From Trypanosoma brucei (Eukaryota), in contig CM000208.1 of the NCBI GenBank assembly GCA_000002445.1, positions 3,104,001 through 3,168,000 on the forward strand: a DNA stretch of 64,000 nt, given 5' to 3'. This document shows positions 32,101 through 40,097 of this stretch, one piece after another; position 1 is the stretch's first letter; every line of letters starts with the position of its first letter. Position numbers and translations under genes: made by a program. The notes below the pieces were generated by a model. That model was not told the origin of the DNA and made no database searches. It saw only the letters and a list, made by a program, of their open reading frames with translations.

Positions 32101-32868
32101 AAATAGGTTGTGCAACTTGCGCAGATGAGTAGTCATGAGTGCGTCTTCCAGCACAAGATGACTGTAGTAGGGGTGTTTGCGGATGGCTGCTACGCTGGCG
32201 ATGCGCCCTGATACAGATATTGGTTGGAAATGCAGATCCACGTGAAATACCTCGCGTCGCGTCGCGTTGCTGCTGTCCCTGAGAAAGACAATACGAATTA
32301 TGTACTTCTCTTCATTAACCCAGCAGTCACCGAAGGGAACGCGCTGGATATCCCACCGTATATATTTTCGCCTTTGTCTCCCATCTTCCTTAACATCCGA
32401 ACTACCGTCTCCATTTCTTCCACCTTCACTAGCCCCACCGTTTTTTCCTGTCTCCTCCTGAACCATACGCTTCGCATATTTACGTAGGAACCTCTCTACC
32501 TTCAACAGAAACTCATGTCGCCGATCCAGATACAAACCAATCTGAACGTCTTTGAGTGAACACACCTCCTCCGGCACAGTGAGTACGAGATCCGCACCTA
32601 CGCCACGTTTCAGTTGCGTTTCGTAGAAGGGCGTGGAGTGCACACACGTACGCAGTAGAAAGCTTCCTGCAGCCTGCACGGGGTCGGTTGCATTTTGTCC
32701 TATTGGCTCAGAAACGCTATCGAGCGCCTGTGCACCCGTGCACGAAGCGGTGCTGTAGTTGTTCTTCTGGTAGAATTCATTTAAACATGCGTGCAGCTGC
32801 CGCAACCGCAGTTCCACATGTCGTATGAGCTCCTCTGACCACTGCAGATGGTATGGCGTAGGGAGCAT
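29158..32868 (-). CDS. Large conserved-looking protein (1236 aa), possibly a Nrap/NOL6/UTP22-like nucleolar RNA-associated protein.
   Basis: The 1236-aa length matches yeast Utp22 (~1237 aa). It has a basic, Lys-rich C-terminal tail. The Nrap assignment is a recollection-level guess, with no diagnostic motif confirmed. Confidence 0.6.
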   Translation of the reverse strand: MLPTPYHLQWSEELIRHVELRLRQLHACLNEFYQKNNYSTASCTGAQALDSVSEPIGQNATDPVQAAGSFLLRTCVHSTPFYETQLKRGVGADLVLTVPEEVCSLKDVQIGLYLDRRHEFLLKVERFLRKYAKRMVQEETGKNGGASEGGRNGDGSSDVKEDGRQRRKYIRWDIQRVPFGDCWVNEEKYIIRIVFLRDSSNATRREVFHVDLHFQPISVSGRIASVAAIRKHPYYSHLVLEDALMTTHLRKLHNLFSNSNSLQRAAVFLNCWAHHTGIMARTSGHPEALSGFHLSAVILRLVEEGVVSPSMSEENVVRAVWVYLSRGLTLTESYATLNNDGEGKNHEEVAGALSLGNRSDVAVLRLEGETMNLLFRTSTSFLKQVVKKAADDAMQYQRSSEVLLKTPFQPLQLSMDVCLVVSGLEAHFAETNSAGNGKTGGAAYLRPEEVTQKLYLVVCEALGVRASYVTMWRRSADAAHVAVRLATEAEGRNRLTRGPPLEDTEAVSRFNNFWGNDITSTRQFPDGGIYRCVLWTFDHDAASHAIVLPATTVVRRVVQFALEKHIGASARVAVLLNGLEGVLAERVGAEWRDTAPLVEKSLLDACRAVETMVVDIPRTALPCKITSLDIVSASERHTATFPVRPHIALTYTTDDITQPCFAGLSVAPTIEPVHGVLTIDDRNKIPDTVEAIATMKGAICAQLSKVLQEQYGDDEGKVDGGTSIEGKEGKLKKEREEHISRQGEGETCGKETEKLHIRSSCTAHSVDIIFKGYLFRLYIAHYREVSLLRALGRESEASTIERKLFWSAQHAKFLRTISFGHSSYATATRIASRWMSAMLLYEFIVPEAVELLVANAYLGAVPPKTPASGFLRFLQLLACHDWKEPLVLPYSMDSKEQAEAAALVRSMGEERGMFIATPYAPLESPFTVHTPRPLIVHRVVQLAKAALSVLIDLVSENDSPSHLEAAVFTPNPSDFDFQMVLHPCLLLQTDRLIAPPSIEKVKAAGANGVGSGISGAGTVAGESTDSPATARVWRLDELEAAKSRIYISELVEREPAAHVVRSVRAATRDRSMVFYDCLAPRSISVITITSHAPRNHCSKLHDDILRISRGALLPTALRSLTSEEETATNEVMETKGVSSRVHNVMDKDAIVAAARGALRRKRSNINEGKEGKSSKRPRREGSKTKLEVRQSQHDSRKSSADKGKKRSAVAEQDGKSKGTNGETNKKTEKVAKRKVK

Positions 32869-33384
32869 ACAGGCGGCACACTAAAACTAAGAAAGGCTGG
32901 TCGCAAACCACAACAATGCAAGATTTGAAAGGGAAGACATGAGTACAAGTGCAGTGGCACGCCAAGATCTAAGTGAAACGAAGGCAACAGCAGTCAAGAA
33001 AAAAGGCACTGTTCCACATGCAATAGCTTTGTTCGTTCCCACCTGAAGGACAAAAGTCAACGTTACAAAAAGTGGCGGGTTTATGAACAACACACATATA
33101 CCCAATAAACTGAGGTTTGTAATTGCATATCGCCTACGATGTTGCCACCGGCTGCGTTCCACCGAATTGCATCGCCTCTTCATAATCGCAACGATACTGC
33201 AGTCCCTGCGCAACACGTGACATCTGGAGGCGAGCTACCGCTACGGTCCCGGAAACACCGTCGCACGAACAATAGGAAGGGTTCTAGCAACAACATGTCC
33301 TCACGACTTCCACAAAGTTCGAGAACACGCCGATAAGGGCGTCCTTCCTTTTCAAATACTTGGCTACACGCACCGCGCAGTGAA

Positions 33385-34542
33385 CTAAAGCTTCGTGACG
33401 TCTTTTCTTGCCCACACCTCCACACGCCCGTCCAGACCTGCTGTGGCAAAGAGCGGACGTTCCGTATCCGACAGCTTCTCAGCAGCACCAGGTCGGGGAT
33501 TCAGAGCAGTCAAACAACATACAAAATTAATAGTATTTTTGTGACGGCTACGCTCCTCCTCAAACATGTTTACTCTACCGACGCGCGCGTCCCCCTCAAA
33601 CTTCGCACGGGCTAACTGTTGGGTCGTTACTATCTCCTTTGCATGAGCCACAACCCACTTCCCTGTCATCCTCCACCCCCGTTCTTCCTCGAGTGCGAAA
33701 ATTACAGGGTAATAATCAAATCCACCACCAACTAGTTGATCCTCGTCAATAAACGCAAGCGCCCTCAGTGGCAGTATCGTCATATTTATTGTGTGTAGTG
33801 TTACTGCCTCCTTTCCTCCCTCCACTATTTCGGAATAAACGACATCGAGGACTGATACGCGGCTATCGTGTGTAGACACTGCGAGACGCTGACCCGAGGG
33901 CGTCCATGTTACGGCGTGCACCCACGCACTGAATTTCTTCTCAAAGTAAACATAACCAAACGGCCTGCTTTTGGTTGTATCAAGTTTCTTCATATATGTT
34001 GAAACGAGTAGTAGGTTACCGTCTGCACCACCTGATGCAAGAAGGGCATCGTCTGAAGGATGCGGGGCTAGCGCGGTGACAGTACTTGTGTGGCCGGTCA
34101 ACAAACGACATATCCACCACTGTTCACTACACTCAAAGCGTCCAACGGCGATGTTGGCGTCCGCAGACCCTACGTATATCTTGGACCCTGAGAAATTCCA
34201 CGCACAGCAAGTCAACCCACGTTTCACGCCAACGTCAAGCAACACCATCTGCGGCTTCCACTTCTCCTTACTATCACGGTACCACACGTACGCCATACGA
34301 TCGTGCGCACACGAAAGAATTTTGCCTGTAGTCCCGTGCCATGCGGTAGCGGACACTGATTGATCGTGCTGTTCCAGGGTAGCTTCAACTCCCCAAGTTG
34401 AGCAGTCGCTGATGTCATCGCACCGCACAATAACAAGTTGGTGGTTGTTTGGGGAAAAAATAGCCTCCGAAAAGTCACGGTTGAAGGAGAAAGCAACGAC
34501 CGGAGCCCCCAAAACGGTGTTTTTTTCTTTTTGAGGTCTCAT
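33385..34542 (-). CDS. ARPC1: Arp2/3 complex subunit ARPC1 (p41), WD40 protein, 385 aa.
   Basis: FSPNNHQLVIV...LEQHDQSVSATAWHGTTGKILSCAHDRMAYVWY lines up with ARPC1 (AICPNNHEVHIY...[32 protein letters not shown]). PFGYV...AWVHAVTWTPSGQRLAVSTHDSRVSVLD lines up with PFGQL...[28 protein letters not shown]. The ORF-track ORF (to 34794) has an 84-codon non-homologous leader. The start was set at the Met of MRPQKEKNTVLG (cat at 34540-34542), giving the usual ~385 aa. Confidence 0.8.
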   Translation of the reverse strand: MRPQKEKNTVLGAPVVAFSFNRDFSEAIFSPNNHQLVIVRCDDISDCSTWGVEATLEQHDQSVSATAWHGTTGKILSCAHDRMAYVWYRDSKEKWKPQMVLLDVGVKRGLTCCAWNFSGSKIYVGSADANIAVGRFECSEQWWICRLLTGHTSTVTALAPHPSDDALLASGGADGNLLLVSTYMKKLDTTKSRPFGYVYFEKKFSAWVHAVTWTPSGQRLAVSTHDSRVSVLDVVYSEIVEGGKEAVTLHTINMTILPLRALAFIDEDQLVGGGFDYYPVIFALEEERGWRMTGKWVVAHAKEIVTTQQLARAKFEGDARVGRVNMFEEERSRHKNTINFVCCLTALNPRPGAAEKLSDTERPLFATAGLDGRVEVWARKDVTKL

Positions 34543-34823
34543 CGACGGTGCGCACACCGAGCAATCTCTCGGTGAAGCTCGGGTTACACCACCTCCTCTT
34601 CTGTTCCTATTACTGCTACCCTCTTCTACGGAGGGAAAGGCGGGTAAGCCCTGAGGAGTTACAGGACCGATACGTAAAAAAAAAACGGGAACAACAGGGG
34701 GTGCTGGTATCGATAAGTTGGTCAAAAGCATAAGACAACGGTACAAACCACAGGGGAATAGTGCTAAACTTCGCCACTGCTCTGAGAAGCACATATTGTT
34801 ACAAAATATATCGATGAGTATAG

Positions 34824-37610
34824 TCAGACGCGCGACATCGATAGGGCAGGGTCAGTGACTAGGGATTTAACAGATACCACAGGTGGCCGCCAATCCGGGC
34901 TAGTTCGGGGGTTGTGATACGAAACACGGCGCAACCCAGCCTTCAGCCCCTGTAAACTGTCACGTGTGCCCTTCTTCGGACTTTGATCAGCGTCACCTCG
35001 CTGTAGGAGTTCCTTCTTAACATCCACGACAAACCTTCCACATTTCTCAAAGTTGGTCGAAACGAGAACAATTTGGCATTCTTGTTCAGCATATATTTTT
35101 GTAACGTTTTGGATATCCTTTCGAGCGAGATTCAGCGCGAGAGCCGCGCAGCGAGTGAATGTCCTCTTAACACCAATACCATAGCGGTCGCAGTCACGGC
35201 TCAGCGCAAGTTCTTCAGCGAGAGAAACCAAATGAATGACGTCCTGGTATTTCTGCAAAAAACGCAACAAGGCGGTGCGACGCGCCTGCTGTATTTGCCG
35301 TTTTTCGCCGCCACACTCACAATAAAGAGGGTCTGACAGCAGACGCACTGGGGTTGCCGCTGCTGCGGCGTTCACCCGCCTTCCTCCGCCGCGTTGCAGT
35401 GCTACAAGAGAAGAATATGGAATCACCACAGCCGAGTAAAAAGATACAAACGGAAGAAAATATTCTTCAATATTTGCGAGCACATCGGCTGCGAGCACAG
35501 CAATCGCAGCACCCTTAGGGACAAATGTGGGGGCTTGTGGGGCCATCGTGGTAAAAGAGTTCATACGTCGTTGCGCCACTCGAAGTAGCGGCCGTATGTA
35601 CGGTTCCAGTCGTGGGTCAACGCGTGGATCAACGCGCAGTTGCAGCAGTGCCAACTCCAACGCCTCACCATAAGCAGGATAAAGTGAAAGAACTTCCTTT
35701 TCCAGTTCCGGAGCAACTTCGCTTGTGCTCAGAGCGGTCCGTTGTGTATTGCATTTTTCCAGTAGAGTCTGTGGAACTGTGTTACCCACACAGGGATATC
35801 TCTCGAGCAAGCTTTTAATGGCCATTTCTTGCCAATCAAAAATGGAGAGCACCGTCGAAACTCCGACTGATTCTGCGCCCGCCGCCGCAATAAGATACGC
35901 GTAGGTTTGTGGCGTTGGAGCGATGTTGTACTTGGATTGCATGAGCTGTAAAACCTCTTGCGCGTCACGATGCGTAACAGCACAAGCAAGAACTGCGTGG
36001 AACGCACTGCGGGTGAGGGGAGCTCCTGCCTCCACTAAAACCTCGAGAGTTGTCCGCGCGTCGGAACCATACCCTGCACGGGCGTACGCCAGCAGCAAAT
36101 TAGTATATACCGCTGGTGTGAGTCCCCCCACTCCACACTGTTGCCGTGCCTCATGGTAAAACCCAAAGCCCATCGTCGGCTCCTGAGCACTTGCGCAGCA
36201 CGCGATGAGGGCTGCATACGTGTCTGGAGTTGGATCAAATCCCCCATCCCGGAGCTGGCGGTAGAGCGCGAGAGCGACCTCCAAACGGCGGGGGTTTTCT
36301 GATGCCCTACCTGCCGCTTCGATGAGAGCTGTGTACAGATCGACAGAAACGGGGACAACACGCGCAGCTTCGCTTTTTACAAGAAGCTCCTGCGTCATCG
36401 CAAAATCCGCTGTGTTACCACTGCAGCGGGCAAGAGCAACCAACGCAGCGGTAACATCATCTGCGGTAATGACAAAAGTGCCACATTCAGCATGCTGCAT
36501 GAAGCGTTGAAACAACGAGTGAGCAATATCGAACTTCCGTGTTTGCGCACAGCTCGTAATGGCCATGATGTGGTCTTCCGCACTCACAGCTATCAGGTGC
36601 TGCCGCAATTCCCCCTCCACACTTTCAACGACATTGTCTAACGCAAATGTTGTCTCTTCCACCACTGCTTTATGCACCCTTTGATGCGACGTACCTTTAG
36701 CTTTCCTTTCCCAGCCACCTTCCCGAATCACTTGACGATTTAATTTTTTTTCGATATGGTTATTTAAATCACTGAGAGCGATTATCTCTTCTAGGCATTC
36801 CACTGCAAGCGCGTACGCACCTGTTAAGCCGCAAACCACCAATAACGCCCTTCGTATTTCAACTGTTACAACGTCGGGGAGTGTCCACTTTAATAAATTT
36901 CCATTGTTTTCACCACAAGTGTACAAAGAGTTGTGCTGCTCCTCGGTGGTAGCACTCCAGTGACGCAGTCGCTGAGCCAACATCTCCACTTCACGCAACT
37001 CCCTTTGTAGTTCCCTCTCGCTGAGTACATCACCCAATGCAGATGCAGCCTCCGTTGCGTCCTTCAACATGCCGATCGCGCGACGCAGCACAGCCCGAAC
37101 GTCCAATACGTCGGAGAGGGACCTTGTCACACGATCAAGAACCTTTAACGCATCGTTTTGATCTTCACAACTTTGAACAACGTAACCCCCTTCTCCCGGA
37201 TTTTCTGCAAGTTGGGACTTCAGCCGGCCGACTTCATCGAGAAGGTCAGCGAGGACACGCAGGGGGTGAGGGGCACATGGCGCTGACATGAGAGCTACAA
37301 GACTCTCGAAATGCCCGTGCTGCACACGATAGAGATATGCTAAGGGAGAGGTGATACCTGTAGTAGAGCGACCACGCTCTCCGGGTACGCCATAGTTTAA
37401 AGAGCTCTTGTTTTCTGCGATCCTTGTAGTTTCTTTGATACTCGATGCAACATCCCGAGTCACGTTTTTAGGTTGTTTATGCGAACCGGACAACGGCTCA
37501 AGGGACTGGTCAAATACAGCAGGAAAATAACGGTGCTTGCGGGACAGAAGAAAAGCCTTTGTTGCAGTTACATCAAATGACTTTCCCCTCCTAAGAAGAG
37601 TCAGTGTCAT
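34824..37610 (-). CDS. Pentatricopeptide-repeat (PPR) protein (928 aa), presumably mitochondrial RNA-binding.
   Basis: Tandem ~35-aa helical repeats with PPR character (LYTALIEAAGRASENPRRLEVALALYRQLRDGGFDPTPDTYAALIACCASAQEP; AVYTNLLLAYARAGYGSDARTTLEVLVEAGAPLTRSAFHAVLACAV). PPR proteins are abundant in trypanosomatids. Confidence 0.65.
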   Translation of the reverse strand: MTLTLLRRGKSFDVTATKAFLLSRKHRYFPAVFDQSLEPLSGSHKQPKNVTRDVASSIKETTRIAENKSSLNYGVPGERGRSTTGITSPLAYLYRVQHGHFESLVALMSAPCAPHPLRVLADLLDEVGRLKSQLAENPGEGGYVVQSCEDQNDALKVLDRVTRSLSDVLDVRAVLRRAIGMLKDATEAASALGDVLSERELQRELREVEMLAQRLRHWSATTEEQHNSLYTCGENNGNLLKWTLPDVVTVEIRRALLVVCGLTGAYALAVECLEEIIALSDLNNHIEKKLNRQVIREGGWERKAKGTSHQRVHKAVVEETTFALDNVVESVEGELRQHLIAVSAEDHIMAITSCAQTRKFDIAHSLFQRFMQHAECGTFVITADDVTAALVALARCSGNTADFAMTQELLVKSEAARVVPVSVDLYTALIEAAGRASENPRRLEVALALYRQLRDGGFDPTPDTYAALIACCASAQEPTMGFGFYHEARQQCGVGGLTPAVYTNLLLAYARAGYGSDARTTLEVLVEAGAPLTRSAFHAVLACAVTHRDAQEVLQLMQSKYNIAPTPQTYAYLIAAAGAESVGVSTVLSIFDWQEMAIKSLLERYPCVGNTVPQTLLEKCNTQRTALSTSEVAPELEKEVLSLYPAYGEALELALLQLRVDPRVDPRLEPYIRPLLRVAQRRMNSFTTMAPQAPTFVPKGAAIAVLAADVLANIEEYFLPFVSFYSAVVIPYSSLVALQRGGGRRVNAAAAATPVRLLSDPLYCECGGEKRQIQQARRTALLRFLQKYQDVIHLVSLAEELALSRDCDRYGIGVKRTFTRCAALALNLARKDIQNVTKIYAEQECQIVLVSTNFEKCGRFVVDVKKELLQRGDADQSPKKGTRDSLQGLKAGLRRVSYHNPRTSPDWRPPVVSVKSLVTDPALSMSRV

Positions 37611-37980
37611 GACTCACCGATTCAGTGTCTTGGGTACCATTTACAGCACCGATACATAAGCAGAATTGAAGAAGCACAAGGAGAGAAGACACAGCAATTC
37701 CACTGAAAACACGAAAAGAAGGGGCATATGCAGAGGCGGATTAATAACGTGTTTGTACCTGAGAAAATTAGTTTAGAAGATATGTAAGAAAAGAGGCTGC
37801 ACGCACTTGAACACACACGAGTCAGTTATTGGGTCCTGCGCATGCTCAAACACTGTCTGAAGTAAGAAGCGACTCGGCCACTTACTGCTCACCTCGAAGA
37901 CTACCTGAACTCTTTGATGCACGCGTATACATATATTTGTATCTTGTGTTATTTAGGGTTACTTGTCATCCTTCCCACAA

Positions 37981-39813
37981 TCAGAGTAAGTTCGCTAACA
38001 AGGGCATCAGCACCTCTCCCCAGTTCTCATCCCACGTTCCGGGCTCGTTTTGTGCCACCTGCCTTCTTTTTTCCAGTAAGGGTCCATTGGTCAGGATCAA
38101 CTGCTTCCACATAACTTGCCCTAGCTCTTCAGCATTGCTGAAAAACCAACCTCGTTTGTCATCTAGTAGTTCATGAAGTGATTTGTAACGTAGGGCTACA
38201 ACAGGAAGACCGGAGCCCAGCATGTCCACTGCTTTCATTGGCAGGTCCAGACCACTCGATGAGTTGTGCATACATAGTCCCACATCTGCTGCACCAAGCG
38301 CCATAGCATAATGCTTATACGACTGCATGTACATCGTTGTGACTACCACGAGTGAAGACAAGTGAGCTTCAGCGACAGCCATTTCAAACCGCTTGCGAGC
38401 TACACCCTTTCCTGTCACAAGGAGCCATACGGACTTCGACGCAGTTGGTTTGCTATCCTTACCCTGAGAGCACTCCTGAAGTTTTTCATCGACCTGTTTT
38501 AAAGCCTCCACCACCATCGTATAGTCATCGTCTGGTGTCCAACTTGTGGAAGCGACTATGAAGATGCCACGACTGTCAGTCGCAGCTGTAGATTGTAACA
38601 CCCAATCTGGCGGCAGTGAACACCCTATCACTTCCTCACCATCTTGGGAATGTGCACTCATGACGGGGCGAATCACCTCCTGCACGAAACGACTTCTTGG
38701 CACGAGACCAAAAAAAGATGGAGCACAGTCGTACATAACCCAGACGTCATCAACACGATTCGCCACCTTTGACTGCTTGCTGACATCTAACAAAGCCCTA
38801 CGCATTGCTTTGCTAACTGTAATGTTGCGATCACCGAAGCACAAATTACATTCAAGTAAGCGATACAACCACACCGCTACTGCCGGGCGCCCATCACTTC
38901 GCAGAACTGTGTAACCGAAGTTATGCCAGTCCACCACGAGAGCCGGGGACAGGACGAATTTCGGGCAGGAGTTGGAATTTGTGGGGCCCTTCTTCGTAGG
39001 ATTCTTCTCCACAGGTAGCTGCCGCTGACGTTGCAATTTTATACCCTCAGTGATCTCCTTGAGGGCGGTGCTTAACCACGAGCCTGTTAAAATGATACAG
39101 TAATAAGTTACGGCGTTGGCAACAAACGCACATGGTTGTACAATGTACTTCACCACCGGCACGAAGGGCACTGCAGGGGGCGATTGCATAAGAATAAGAT
39201 CCACTAACATCAACTGCCCACGACTATTTACAAACATCATTGACGCGCGGACGAGGACCCAAGTGAACACCACAGCACAAGCGCATGCACGGTAAAATGT
39301 AGATGCCAACCAGTGCAACTTTGGATGTGGGAACAAGATACGAAACCACAAGGGTGGAGTTATCGGAGGAATCAGATATGCCGTTTCGACGACACATTCG
39401 AACTTTTCTACGCTAGAATCGTCATAGGAGCCGTCTATATTTTTCTTTTTCTCCCTCAACTTGAGTTCTTCACTTAGACGATTCCCCATGTCGAAGCCAA
39501 CCAACACTACCTCCTGAAACATGCCACATTTCGCCAAACTTAAGGCATGGTACTGCATCCGAGGTGATCTGGCGAAGTCACCGCCAACAACAACTACCAC
39601 GCGGCGCAACACAGCCTTGCTATTCCGGTGTTGTGCACCCGTGGCCTTATCACCTCGGCTCTCTATCTCTGCGATATGTTCACGCGCTTGTTTCCATTTC
39701 TTGCGACCCGACTCAGCCCGTACCACCAATGACACGGTTATAGAAAACCAAATAGCAAGAAAACAAAACGTAGGAAATGATATTGTCCACACAAGATCAT
39801 CGTAGCTAAACAT
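37981..39813 (-). CDS. ALG1: Chitobiosyldiphosphodolichol beta-1,4-mannosyltransferase ALG1 (610 aa, with an N-terminal transmembrane anchor).
   Basis: [35 protein letters not shown] matches the ALG1 N-terminus ([30 protein letters not shown]). [29 protein letters not shown] matches the ALG1 C-terminal motif ([24 protein letters not shown]). An N-terminal hydrophobic segment [23 protein letters not shown] is present. Confidence 0.85.
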   Translation of the reverse strand: [610 protein letters not shown]

Positions 39814-40097
39814 CCCTGGGTGATCTAAACTTTCCCTTGGGGAGAAACTTCATAAAATCCACAAATTCCGTGGAGGGTAAGAGTGAGGCAGGGGGCGGTA
39901 ACATTTTGAGGGTTAAGAGCGTGCCACAGCAATGAAGTATGTAAACGTGCCCCCAAACCGTAAGGGCAGTGTCGGTGGTACGCAAACATAAACGAAAAAC
40001 ACAGGGCGACGAGCGGTTAACCGCTTTCAAGGTGTTCCACGACGCCCTGGTAACGCCCTCACGGCATCACCGCCCACCAGTTTCTGCCTTCAAACAC

